NCBI GenBank assembly: GCA_963797095.1
Contig: CAWCNY010000003.1
Coordinates: 864,001-928,000 of the forward strand
From: an uncultured Chloroflexia bacterium
Lineage (GTDB): Bacteria > Chloroflexota > Chloroflexia > QHBQ01 > JADMIH01
Length of the DNA stretch: 64,000 nucleotides
Direction of reading: 5' to 3'
Both the position numbers and the translations under genes were made by a program. Below, in pieces: positions 47,810 to 57,569 of this stretch. The notes beneath the pieces are model-generated. The model saw only the letters and a list, made by a program, of their open reading frames with translations, did no database searches and was not told the origin of the DNA. Position 1 is the stretch's first letter; every line of letters starts with the position of its first letter.

Positions 47810-48760
47810 ATGCCGGAGCCTATCATTCACACAGAACACCTTTCCCGTTTTTTTGGCAAGGTCAAAGCGGTGGATGATCTCACATTGGAGGTGCCTGCCG
47901 GCATAGTGTTTGGGTTCCTGGGACCGAATGGCGCGGGCAAGACAACCACCATCCATTTACTGCTTGGCCTGCTGGAACCAACCAGGGGCAAGGCCAGTGT
48001 GCTCGGCTTTGATACCCGCATCCACGCTGATAACATTCGCGCCCGCTGTGGGACGCTGCTGGAATTCGCGGGACTCTACGAGCGCATGAGCGCCGAGGAC
48101 AATCTCGACTTCTACGGGCGCATCTACCATATGAGCGCTCCTGATCGCCGGGCGCGCATCAAAGAACTGCTCGCCCACCTCGATCTATGGGACCGCCGCA
48201 AGGACCAGGTAGGCAAGTGGAGCCGCGGTATGAAACAGAAGCTCGCCGTTGCGCGGGCGCTCTTTCACCGCCCGCCGTTGATATTCCTGGACGAGCCGAC
48301 AGCAGGGTTTGACCCGGTGGCGGCCGCGGCATTGCGTGATGACCTGGCCGGCCTGGTGGCGCGGGAAGGGGTGACGGTCTTCCTGAACACGCACAATCTG
48401 ACCGAGGCCGAAAAGCTGTGTGCCCAGGTAGGAGTGATACGCCAGGGGAAGCTGCTCGTTGTGGGCAGCCCTGATGAATTGCGGGTGCGGGAGGGCGGCC
48501 CACAGGCAGAGATCGTGGGGTGCGGCTTCAGCGAGCAAATGGTGTCATTGCTGCGCGCGCGACCGGAGGTGGCGAAGGCCGAACTGCATGGAGGTAGCAG
48601 TCATTTGATCATCGAGCTGCGCGGAGAGGAGAAGATCGCCCCTCTGGTCAACTTGATCGTGCAATCGGGCGGGGAGATCGAGGAAATACGCAGGGGCAAG
48701 GCCAGCCTGGAAGATGTTTTCCTGACCCTGATGGAGGAACAGGAGGAAGCAAGTAAATGA
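47810..48760 (+). CDS. ABC-2-type exporter ATP-binding protein
   Basis: 'GPNGAGKTT', 'SRGMKQK', 'IFLDEPT'. Confidence 0.93.
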   Translation: MPEPIIHTEHLSRFFGKVKAVDDLTLEVPAGIVFGFLGPNGAGKTTTIHLLLGLLEPTRGKASVLGFDTRIHADNIRARCGTLLEFAGLYERMSAEDNLDFYGRIYHMSAPDRRARIKELLAHLDLWDRRKDQVGKWSRGMKQKLAVARALFHRPPLIFLDEPTAGFDPVAAAALRDDLAGLVAREGVTVFLNTHNLTEAEKLCAQVGVIRQGKLLVVGSPDELRVREGGPQAEIVGCGFSEQMVSLLRARPEVAKAELHGGSSHLIIELRGEEKIAPLVNLIVQSGGEIEEIRRGKASLEDVFLTLMEEQEEASK

Positions 48761-49476
48761 GCGACATGTGGACTATGATATGGAAAGAGTGGAAGGAGCA
48801 AATCTTGCAGGCTGGCCGGGCGCAAGCGATACGTGCTCTGATCGTGATCGGCATTGGGGGTGTGGCTCTGCCGCTGCGAGTCGGGCTTCCGTGGCTTGAG
48901 CTTTCGCTTCCCATCATGCTGATACTGGTATGGGTCCCTTATATATACATCATTAGCTTCATTGGCGATGCCGTTGCGGGAGAGCGTGAGCGACATACAT
49001 TGGAAACGTTGCTGGCGAGTCGCATGCCCGATCGTGCCATTCTGCTGGGTAAGGTAATTGTCACTGTCGGATATGCCTGGGGAATGGCCCTTGTCAGCCT
49101 GCTGCTCGGCCCGGTTATGGCAAATCTGTCTGCTGGGAGTGGCGATAGCAGCTGGGTCTTCTACCATCCTTTCGAGTTGTTCCTCGAAGCGCTTGCTTTG
49201 ACGCTTCTGGTCAGCCTGCTGGCAGCGAGTGCCGGAGTGCTCATATCGCTACGAGTAGCAACGGTGCGGCAGGCGCAGCAAGTCTTGATCGTTGGCACCC
49301 TGGTGCTCACATTCGGAGCACTCCTGGTGATAAGCGCCTTGCCTGGGGATCTTTTCTCGTCGTTGAGCTATCCCCAGCTTTTGCTGATTGCTATAGCTGT
49401 ACTTGTCGTACTGGATGCGGTGTTGCTTGGGTTGTCGCTGGTGAGCTTCAGACGCTCGCGCTTGATCTTGAGCTAG
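48757..49476 (+). CDS. ABC-2-type exporter permease
   Basis: 'AGERERHTLETLLAS', 'ILLGK'; coupled to the ATPase. Confidence 0.88.
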   Translation: MSDMWTMIWKEWKEQILQAGRAQAIRALIVIGIGGVALPLRVGLPWLELSLPIMLILVWVPYIYIISFIGDAVAGERERHTLETLLASRMPDRAILLGKVIVTVGYAWGMALVSLLLGPVMANLSAGSGDSSWVFYHPFELFLEALALTLLVSLLAASAGVLISLRVATVRQAQQVLIVGTLVLTFGALLVISALPGDLFSSLSYPQLLLIAIAVLVVLDAVLLGLSLVSFRRSRLILS

Positions 49477-49489
49477 CAAAGCATGTAAA

Positions 49490-49511
49490 GATTTTTGTCG
49501 CGACAAAAATC
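49490..49511. promoter_or_regulatory. Candidate parS (copy 3)
   Basis: 22-bp perfect palindrome GATTTTTGTCGCGACAAAAATC between convergent genes. Confidence 0.65.
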
Positions 49512-49518
49512 CTGGGTC

Positions 49519-50079
49519 TCATTTTGTGCCTGTCGAGGCGTAGGCGGCGCTCGCGACGTATGTTGCGGCGAGGAGATCGTACAGGCTCCGGTGCTGGTTC
49601 GTGAGAAAGAGGGTGGCTATATAGATCCCGACGATTACCCACACGGATATCAACCCAACAACGATCAGAGGGGGAATATCCACTACACTCAAGGGCCAGC
49701 CCGGTATGTTCCAGAGGCAGGCGTGAGTCAGTTCCCAGGGGATGAACTTGAGCAACGACCTGGCCAGAGACCGTGGGACGGTCAACCTGCGGCCCTGTGC
49801 GTCTGTCACTTTGAGGCCGAGGCGCTGCTTGCCCCAGGTGCCCTGGCGCTCCGACGCTTCAAACAGTGCAAAGTAGAGAACCACGGGCAGCACGAGGAGG
49901 ACGAACGCGCTCAACTCGGCGCTGAGCGGGTTGGCGAAGAGGCCACCAAAAGGCTCAGCTAGAGGGGTGAGGCGAATCACGAAGGCAAAGGCCACGAGCA
50001 CGACGAGGTAGGCCGAGATGACAAGGTAATCGAGAGCGAAGGCGATAAGCCTGCGCCACGGGCTTGCGCTTGAATTCAT
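49519..50079 (-). CDS. RDD-family membrane protein
   Basis: 'WRRLIAFALD', 'GTWGK..LGLKV', 'RSLYDLLA.TYV'. Confidence 0.88.
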   Translation of the reverse strand: MNSSASPWRRLIAFALDYLVISAYLVVLVAFAFVIRLTPLAEPFGGLFANPLSAELSAFVLLVLPVVLYFALFEASERQGTWGKQRLGLKVTDAQGRRLTVPRSLARSLLKFIPWELTHACLWNIPGWPLSVVDIPPLIVVGLISVWVIVGIYIATLFLTNQHRSLYDLLAATYVASAAYASTGTK

Positions 50080-50348
50080 ACTGTTTCCGTTTTCTTCAGA
50101 TAGCAGCTTCGGGCCTGTCGATGTAACTCCTCAGTTGGGCGACCGCCGGGGTGGCCCAGGGGGTGGGCCAGCTTGAAAAGGTCCACGCCCAGACGTGGCA
50201 AGCATGAAATTTGCCACCCGTATAATAGAAATGGCGAGCATAATCCGTGCCATAGTGCGCAATGCACAGACGAACTTGACGATGGTTTCGCCGGTGACTT
50301 CAGGCCATTGACCGGTCTCATCTACGTCAACGGCGAGCGCTAAAGAGG

Positions 50349-52334
50349 ATGCCAGCATCTATGGAAAGAGTTGAGCTAAAAGCGAGTAGAGGGCGCGATT
50401 ACCCGGTGAAGCCGGTGCCTTTCACGGCTGTGGAATGCAACGACGCTTTCTGGGCGCCGCGCATCGAGACCAACAGGGCGGTTACTATACCGTTCGCCTT
50501 CGGGCAGTGCGAGAGTGCGGGGCGCGTCGAGTTGTTCAGGCGGGCTGCCGCCTCAATGCGCGGCGACCCGGATGTGGATCGGACTCCACCCGGCTACGTG
50601 TTCGACGACACCGATGTGTATAAGGTTATCGAGGGTGCTGCCTACACTCTGCGGGTGCACGCCGATCCGATGCTTGAGGTGTACGTGGATGGACTGGTGA
50701 AGGTGATCGCCGATGCACAGGAGCCGGATGGCTATCTCTATACGGCGCGCAACGTTGACCCTGAGCACCCGCACCCGGCGGCCAAAGCGCATCGCTGGGA
50801 GGGAGAGCGGGCGCACAGCCACGAACTGTACAACCTGGGGCACCTATACGAAGCGGCGGTGGCCTATGAGCAGGCGACCGGCAAACGAGAGTTGCTGGAC
50901 GTGGCGCTGAGGGCCGCCGACTTGCTTGACCGCACCTTCGGGCCGGGTAAGGAGGTTATCTGGCCGGGCCACCAGATCACCGAACTGGCGCTTGTCAAGC
51001 TGGCACGCGCCACCGGCAATAAAAGATACCTGGAGCTGGCGAGATTCTTACTCGACAGCCGAGGGCCGGACGGTTGGGAGGGGAGCGGCATCGAATACAA
51101 CCAGTCGCATGCGGGGGTGCTTGAGCAGACCGAGGCGGTGGGGCATGCGGTGCGAGCCACGTATATGTATTCGGGGATGGCCGATGTGGCCGCCATGCTG
51201 GACGACCCCAGGTATGTGGAGGCGCTCGACCGTATATGGGAGGATGTGGTCGCGAGGAAGCTATATATCACGGGCGGCATCGGCTCGACCTCGGAGGGAG
51301 AGGCATTCGGCGCCCCGTACGAGTTGCCCAACGTGACCGCTTACAGCGAGACGTGCGCCGCTATCGGTAACGTCTTCTGGAACCAGCGCATGTTCCTGCT
51401 GCACGGTGACTCGCGATATATCGACGTACTTGAGCGGTCGCTGTACAACGCCCTTATGGCTGGGGTGTCGTTGGATGGGATGGCCTTCTTTTACGACAAC
51501 CCGCTGGAGTCGGACGGGCAGCACGAGCGAAGCCCGTGGTTCGGGTGCGCGTGCTGCCCCAGCAACGTGTCGCGATTTCTCCCTTCAATACCGGGCCATG
51601 TCTACGCGCAGCGAGACGATGCGATCTACGTTGATCTTTTTGTGAATAGCACCGCCGAGATCGCGCTTGATGGTGGGGTGGTTGTGAGGGTGGAACAGCA
51701 GACCCGCTACCCATGGGATGGCGCGGTCAGGCTGATGGTCAGTCCCGATAGGCCGCGCACGCTGGCGGTAAAAGTGCGAATCCCCGGCTGGGCGCGGAGC
51801 GAGGTGGTGCCGAGCGATCTTTACAGGTTTGTGGATGGTGAGAATGAGGATATAACGCTCAAGGTCAATGGCGAAGCGGTTGCGCTGGATGTGGAGCAGG
51901 GTTACGCTGCGCTGCAGCGGGAATGGCGTGCGGGTGATGAGGTCGAGTTGGACCTGCCGATGCCGGTGCGTCGCGTGGCGGCTAACGAGCGTGTGGAAGC
52001 TGACGAAGGGAGGGTGGCATTGCAGCGCGGCCCTCTTGTGTATTGCCTGGAATGGGCCGACAATCGTGGCGTGAAATTGCACGAACTTGCGCTTCCAGGC
52101 GATGTGCTGTTGAGTGCCGAATTTGCACCAGAATTGCTGGGCGGGGTGGTTGTGATCAAGGGCCTCGCCACCAGCGTGTCGCAGGATGACGATGGGCTTC
52201 AAATAAAGACCGAACAGCCCTTTACAGCGATACCGTACTACTCGTGGGCGAACCGGGGGTCCGGCGAGATGATGGTTTGGATCCCGACCGGTCAGGCCGC
52301 CGGGGTGAGCGGTGCGGCATCAAAGAAGAACTAA
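50349..52334 (+). CDS. GH127 beta-L-arabinofuranosidase-like glycoside hydrolase
   Basis: 'D.DVYK.IE', 'HELYNLGH', 'GHAVR', 'YSETCA', 'WFGCACCP.N', 'PYYSWANR'. Confidence 0.93.
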   Translation: MPASMERVELKASRGRDYPVKPVPFTAVECNDAFWAPRIETNRAVTIPFAFGQCESAGRVELFRRAAASMRGDPDVDRTPPGYVFDDTDVYKVIEGAAYTLRVHADPMLEVYVDGLVKVIADAQEPDGYLYTARNVDPEHPHPAAKAHRWEGERAHSHELYNLGHLYEAAVAYEQATGKRELLDVALRAADLLDRTFGPGKEVIWPGHQITELALVKLARATGNKRYLELARFLLDSRGPDGWEGSGIEYNQSHAGVLEQTEAVGHAVRATYMYSGMADVAAMLDDPRYVEALDRIWEDVVARKLYITGGIGSTSEGEAFGAPYELPNVTAYSETCAAIGNVFWNQRMFLLHGDSRYIDVLERSLYNALMAGVSLDGMAFFYDNPLESDGQHERSPWFGCACCPSNVSRFLPSIPGHVYAQRDDAIYVDLFVNSTAEIALDGGVVVRVEQQTRYPWDGAVRLMVSPDRPRTLAVKVRIPGWARSEVVPSDLYRFVDGENEDITLKVNGEAVALDVEQGYAALQREWRAGDEVELDLPMPVRRVAANERVEADEGRVALQRGPLVYCLEWADNRGVKLHELALPGDVLLSAEFAPELLGGVVVIKGLATSVSQDDDGLQIKTEQPFTAIPYYSWANRGSGEMMVWIPTGQAAGVSGAASKKN

Positions 52335-52373
52335 ACTACCTTTACGCGCAGACGCAGCAGGGACGACACAGCT

Positions 52374-52445
52374 ATGCAAAGCGCGAAAATCGTGGCAGAC
52401 CCAGACTTCAGGATCGGCACAATCGACCCGCGTCTGTTTGGAACG
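52374..52445 (+). pseudogene. N-terminal stub of a GH51 alpha-L-arabinofuranosidase
   Basis: MQSAKIVADPDFRIGTIDPRLFGT matches the AbfA N-terminus ('DF.I..ID.R.YGS'), then similarity stops. Confidence 0.65.
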
Positions 52446-52573
52446 TCGCCGTTTCGGATGCGCCGTGCCGTGGCGAGGCATTTACCTATGTCGGCCCCGC
52501 CGTAATAGACGTGGCTCATCGTCCGGAGTAATTGGGCATCAAACACCGGATCTTCAAATATGATCCTGGTCAT
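52445..52573 (-). pseudogene. N-terminal stub of an alpha/beta-hydrolase
   Basis: AAGGAG RBS; MTRIIFEDPVFDAQLLRTMSHVYYGGADIGKCLATARRIRNGD, truncated where it meets the GH51 stub. Confidence 0.6.
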
Positions 52574-52734
52574 ATTCCGGCTCCTTGAAAGTGCACCGAT
52601 TATGCAAAGTGTCTTCCATCCCCCGCATCCCCCGCATCCCCACGCATCGATCCTCCAGCCTTGCTACCATCTCAAGCCGGCCAGCAAGCAGGTGGCCTGT
52701 CGTCTATCGTCCTATCTCCGCCACTCCTTACGCT

Positions 52735-54168
52735 TCACTCGTAGAGGAGATAGTCGATATCGAGGATCTTGCAAGCCCAGATCAGTTCCTGCGTGTAGTT
52801 TCCGTAAACGCCATGTATATGGTTGCTCGAATAGGTGTCTATGAAGGTGTCGGGGGATACTTTGATGCGGGCGAAGGCGTGGGGCCATTCGGGAGTGGTG
52901 GCCGCGGCCTTGCGTTCGGCTATATCGGACGGCAACTCTATGAACTCGGCGGGAAGGATAGCCATCCAGTATTTGCCGTCTTTACGGGTGAGCCTGCCGA
53001 GTGTAACCTCCCCTGGCCGAGCAATGTGGAATACGCTGGCCCCACCCGCCGGGAAGTAGAAGATCTCAGGCAGGAGCTTGACGTGAGGCATATTGTCGTG
53101 GGGATTGAACGACCTGGCGGCGAAGTAGGTGGCGTGCTGGCCGCTGTTCACCAGATCCCAGAAATTGTACTCGGCATCGTAGTGCCGCACGTCGGCGAAG
53201 AGGACGGGAGTGCCGGCGATGTGCTTGAAGATCTCCATAGTAAGGGCGGCGTCGCTGTCGGCCTCGGTGGCGCAGACGATAGGCTCGTGGGGGCCATCCC
53301 AGTCATAAGGATCGTTCAGGAAGGCTTCGGTTATATCCATGGTGGCGAAGTTGTTGGTCATCTCAGGTTGGCCTTTGATACCGACGAAGTCGAGGTCCCA
53401 CCGGTCGATCAGTTGGCGCACGGCGTAGTAAGAGCGTATCTGCGTCTCCAGCTTCTCCGGAGTGAGAGCCTTGCCGTCGTAGCGCACCTCGCCCGCCATC
53501 TTCTCCAGCCACCGGCGGGCGCGTGTGACTTTATCGGCGGGAATGCCCGCGCTCAGGCGCACGATCTCACCCTGGTCGATATGCTCGATGTCGATGCCGA
53601 ATTGTCTCCGCCATTGTGCGAGGTCGACTGCTGCCGTGTACATACCCATTGAGCGCCCGCCGAATACGCCATAGGTTTCGCCCTTAAGTCGATGGACGGC
53701 GCTTGCCCCTCGTACGAACTTCATGACCCTTTGGAGGGTGGCCTTATCGTCGATGTCGCCGGAGACGCGCGTGTGGAATACTCCCACCTGGTTTAGAGAG
53801 CCTGCCGCGGCCAACATGGCTACCAGGCCGGGGTATTGGGGGTTGATGTTGGAGAAGCAGAGGAAGGGGCCGGGAGCGAACTCGGTGGCAATAGAGGTGA
53901 AGTGTGGGAAGGCCCAGATAGCGTAGTTGAGGATTGTGCATTCGACGTCTGCATCACGCAGTTTTATGCTCTCACTGCGGGCCATCTCGGTGGTCCAGAT
54001 CAATTCGCAGGGCACAGGCTCAATCTCGCCAGTGGCCTCCAGAGCGCGAACCAGGCGGTCCTGGAACTCCATGTTCATGTCGTACTGGAGCTTGTGCGCG
54101 AAATCTCGCCCGTCGGAAAAGGTCAGGATGCCTACTTTGCGCTTGATCATGGTTGTTCCCTGGTACAT
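52735..54168 (-). CDS. L-fucose/D-arabinose isomerase family protein
   Basis: 'GILTFSDGR', 'PGLVAMLAA', 'GGRSMG', 'CATEAD', 'FADVR', 'NHIH..YG'. Confidence 0.88.
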   Translation of the reverse strand: MYQGTTMIKRKVGILTFSDGRDFAHKLQYDMNMEFQDRLVRALEATGEIEPVPCELIWTTEMARSESIKLRDADVECTILNYAIWAFPHFTSIATEFAPGPFLCFSNINPQYPGLVAMLAAAGSLNQVGVFHTRVSGDIDDKATLQRVMKFVRGASAVHRLKGETYGVFGGRSMGMYTAAVDLAQWRRQFGIDIEHIDQGEIVRLSAGIPADKVTRARRWLEKMAGEVRYDGKALTPEKLETQIRSYYAVRQLIDRWDLDFVGIKGQPEMTNNFATMDITEAFLNDPYDWDGPHEPIVCATEADSDAALTMEIFKHIAGTPVLFADVRHYDAEYNFWDLVNSGQHATYFAARSFNPHDNMPHVKLLPEIFYFPAGGASVFHIARPGEVTLGRLTRKDGKYWMAILPAEFIELPSDIAERKAAATTPEWPHAFARIKVSPDTFIDTYSSNHIHGVYGNYTQELIWACKILDIDYLLYE

Positions 54169-54247
54169 GGTTGTTCCCTGGTAGTCGTGGGGTTTGTGAC
54201 GAGTGACGAGTAACAGAGATCGCTTCTCACGACGGGCCCAGCCTGGG

Positions 54248-55142
54248 TTATTCAGGGCGACTTGATGGAGTTGGCGCTGGTTGGGGCGGCAGCGGACCGA
54301 GGAGGAAGCGGAGGGCCGCGGGGAGCCTACGTGCCCAGGCCAATTCGTGGTGCGTGCCGCCGGGCTCGACGATGAAGAGGAGGTCGTCTGCCGGGTAGCC
54401 TTTGGAGCGCAACAAGGCTGCCATGCCGGTAGCGTCGTTCAGATATTCCTCGCGGCGACCGGGTATCTCCGGGTTTTCGTTGTCACCGACATCCATGTAG
54501 ATACGCCCACCGACGAAGGGAGTGGCGGCGACGAAGGGGTCGAAGGTGCCTTCGCTCCACCAGAACGCCGGAACTCATTACCCCCGCGAAGCCGAACATG
54601 TCGGGTCGCGTGAGCATGGCGTAGAGGCTGATCGACCCGCCCATAGACGACCCCATCAGCCCCGTGTGAGGGCGCCCTGGCAGGGTGCGGAACAATTCAT
54701 CAACCAGAGGCTTGACCTTGTTCACCATGAAATCGATGTAGGCGTCGGCCCCGCCCCCACCGTAAAGGCTGTTTATATGTGCCGAGTAGTCGATAGCGCG
54801 CCTGCTGCCGGAACTGGCTATACCCACTACAATCGCCTCGATGCCCTCGCTGCTCAAGGCTTCCATTGTTTCGTCTACCTGCCACTCGCCGGAGTAGCTG
54901 CCCAGGGCATCAAATAGGTTTTGTCCGTCGTGCATATAGAGGATCGGGTAGCGCAGGTTTTGGTGCGCGTAGGAGGGAGGTAGGTAGACCAGCAGACGGC
55001 GGCGCACTCCCTCCTGTGGGCCGTACAAGCGCCGCGAAACTTTGATTGTGCCCACCACAGTATGCCCATCGCCGTGTGGGTAGTCTTGCCACGCTTCATC
55101 GCTCTGTGCGAACGCGCTATCATCCCAACCTGCATGGTCCAA
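54248..55142 (-). pseudogene. Alpha/beta-hydrolase esterase split by a +1 frameshift (or sequencing error)
   Basis: 'YMHDGQNLF', 'GSSMGG'; removing one base at ~54572 restores ...GVMSPAFWW...IYMDVG...HHELAWARR. Confidence 0.8.
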
Positions 55143-55153
55143 AGTGCGACTCC

Positions 55154-57088
55154 TTACTTTAGGCGTCCGCTGCCTGGGGGGTGGAGAGATGAGTCGTAGA
55201 TGTAGGGGACGTTGGATTCAAGTGGGAGGTCGAGCTGGCCGTTGTAGAGGCGAACGCGGATGCCGTCTCCCGATAGATAGGTGAACATGGAGGGTCCGAA
55301 GCTCTCGTTGCCATCGCTGAGATGATCGGCAGCCCCGGCTGCGATTGTCGCGCTGTAGATCGTCTTCGGACGCTCTCTCTGGGTGCCGAAACGGGCGACC
55401 GGGAAGGAAAAGACCGAGGTAGTGGGCTGGCCGGTGCAGCAGAGGAAGGTGCTGAAGAGCAATTGGCCGCCGGTGATGGTGGCGGAGTTGAGGCTCGTAT
55501 GGTAGAAGTCCCAGTCTACGATGAGGTCGGTAATGGTGGGTGGGGTACTGGGGACAAGGGGAACGAATCTTAGCTCGGCATTGAGGATGTGGTTGAGATT
55601 GTCGTCTCCGAAGTAATCCTCGCGGGCCAGCAGCAGGGGTGCTCCATCAACCCCTTGAAAGACGGACCATATAAGGGGATTGCCGCTTGGCACGTCCACG
55701 GCGGCAAGGGTGGCATCGGCACCGGAAGGATCGATCAGGCGCAAGGTGTAGTGGTCTATGGAGCGCTCGGCCACGACTAGGTCGCCTGCATAGCGCCCGT
55801 TGTAGAGGAAGGCGGCGGTAAGCCAGAAGAAGATGGAGAGGTCGTTGGTTGTGCGGGTAGTTGTTTGGGTGATCGTTCGGGGTGGGGAGGTGTTGTCGAG
55901 AGTGATGAGGATGACAGCTTGCTTCTCGGTGCGGTCGTCGAGGGGAGTAAAGGTGCTGAGGAGAGCGTGGCGTCCATCGGGGCTGAACTGCGCTCCCATA
56001 AAACTGCCTCCGGAGATCGCATAGAGTGGGAGGCGGTCGTTGCTGCCTGCGTTCCCCAGGTAGAGCGTGGTGGCGGTGCTGCTTATGACGCCGCCGAGTA
56101 CATCCTCGCCGGACCATGAGGCAATGAGATAGCGGTTGCTGTTGGGGTCGAGGTCCATGATCACTGTTTTGTCTTTGGAGCCGTTGAGTTGGACCGTGGC
56201 GATCTGTGGGCTCTTGTAGCTCTGGTAGGTGACGGTGGTATCCTGGAGGGCTGAGAGGCTGCGGATGGGGGCTCGATTGCTGAGATAGCCCTCGGCGTAG
56301 CTTATCGCCCACACGCCATCGCTGCCCCACAGGAAGTTATCGTAGCTGTATGGGTCGATGGAGATGGCGGCTTGTTGCGAGAGATGGGACAGGTTGACGG
56401 CCATCAGGCGACGCCCCATCAACTGTGGGGAGCCTCGGAACGAGCCTGTGGGGGTGGGGGTCGGCAGGACGACCGAGCGCGAGTCGGGGACGTCATAGAG
56501 AAGCCAGTCGCCTGTGCCTGTGCCCTGCACTCTGCTGGAGGGGTCGCTGTTCGGAAGCAAGGCCCAGCCGCCATCGCCAAAGTGGTAGAGGCCGGGCGGG
56601 GCGGCATCCTGGCGGAGGACCACGCTGCCGGTCAACGTGCCGCGATATATCTGGCCTGTGGCCTCCTCCTCGATCAGGGCGGAATCTCTGTAGGTTGGCT
56701 GTATATAGCGCACCTGACGGATGGTATTGAGGCAAGAGAGCCAGTTGCCGGCATCCTGGTAAGCGAGGGCCGTCTTGTAGAGGGTGTCACGCTGGGCTAT
56801 GGCGGTAGCCGCTTCCTTAGCTCGCGAATCGGCGTCGAGATAGCCGGAAGCCGAGGAGTAGTGAGACAGGGCGGAATCCCAGTCCTGGCTGGCAGCAGAT
56901 TCCGAGCCTGCCTGGTAGTCGCTCTGCTGGCGAACCTGGCCGAGCCACTGCCAGCCGGCGAAACCGAGCACGCCGAGGAGCACCAGCAGGCCAAGCGCGA
57001 CCTCCCAGGCCCGCCGCCCGCCTCCGGGGGAAGGCGGCTCAGGGTCGAGGTCTTCGATGGTTGAGATGGGGCCGTCCGAGTAGGCCAT
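55154..57088 (-). CDS. Membrane-anchored hypothetical protein (TM, TPR-like helices, beta-rich domain)
   Basis: AGGAG-like context and long ORF; N-terminal TM, 'Y..G..A....DWD.AL..Y' helical repeats, 'FSPDGR'. Confidence 0.65.
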   Translation of the reverse strand: MAYSDGPISTIEDLDPEPPSPGGGRRAWEVALGLLVLLGVLGFAGWQWLGQVRQQSDYQAGSESAASQDWDSALSHYSSASGYLDADSRAKEAATAIAQRDTLYKTALAYQDAGNWLSCLNTIRQVRYIQPTYRDSALIEEEATGQIYRGTLTGSVVLRQDAAPPGLYHFGDGGWALLPNSDPSSRVQGTGTGDWLLYDVPDSRSVVLPTPTPTGSFRGSPQLMGRRLMAVNLSHLSQQAAISIDPYSYDNFLWGSDGVWAISYAEGYLSNRAPIRSLSALQDTTVTYQSYKSPQIATVQLNGSKDKTVIMDLDPNSNRYLIASWSGEDVLGGVISSTATTLYLGNAGSNDRLPLYAISGGSFMGAQFSPDGRHALLSTFTPLDDRTEKQAVILITLDNTSPPRTITQTTTRTTNDLSIFFWLTAAFLYNGRYAGDLVVAERSIDHYTLRLIDPSGADATLAAVDVPSGNPLIWSVFQGVDGAPLLLAREDYFGDDNLNHILNAELRFVPLVPSTPPTITDLIVDWDFYHTSLNSATITGGQLLFSTFLCCTGQPTTSVFSFPVARFGTQRERPKTIYSATIAAGAADHLSDGNESFGPSMFTYLSGDGIRVRLYNGQLDLPLESNVPYIYDSSLHPPGSGRLK

Positions 57089-57500
57089 TCAGGAGCACCT
57101 GGGTCCGGGTTCGCACCGCCAGTACGGTGGGTGCTTTGTCCGGTGGAGTTATCGAGCCTGGGGAGGAGCGTGTTGGTGGGGAGGTTACCGGGGAGGTTAC
57201 AGGGGTTGCAAAGGTAGGTTACATCATGCCCAGGGGTCGCGTCAACTGAATCGTGCTGCAGGGCGCGGCCAATGATACGGTGGTGATGATGCAAGAGGTC
57301 GGGAAAGGGGGATCTACCGGCAAATTTACCCATTTGTTACCGGCGTTTACCAGCGCCTCCACTTTGGCGCGCTAGCATTATGATCAGGACGCGGGCGGCA
57401 AGGCAGGATGCCCGGTAGATGCTATACCGTTATTTGCGGTTCGCCGACCCTTCTGATCAACGTATTGATCAAAATGAACAACGAAGTTCAGCATTACCTC

Positions 57501-57557
57501 TTGACAATAGCAAGCAAAAGTTGTTTACTACAAGGTAAGAGGCTGGGAGCGCTCCCA
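57501..57557 (+). promoter_or_regulatory. Promoter and perfect CelR/CebR-type operator TGGGAGCGCTCCCA (57544-57557)
   Basis: TTGACA at 57501; 14-bp palindrome identical to the actinobacterial CelR/CebR box, just upstream of a LacI gene. Confidence 0.85.
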
Positions 57558-57569
57558 ATGGAGGCATAG

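Noticed and set aside
57181-57223. GGTTAC repeats upstream of the 55154-57088 gene
   Set aside because: Could be an ECF-type promoter element, but the spacing is irregular and support is too weak
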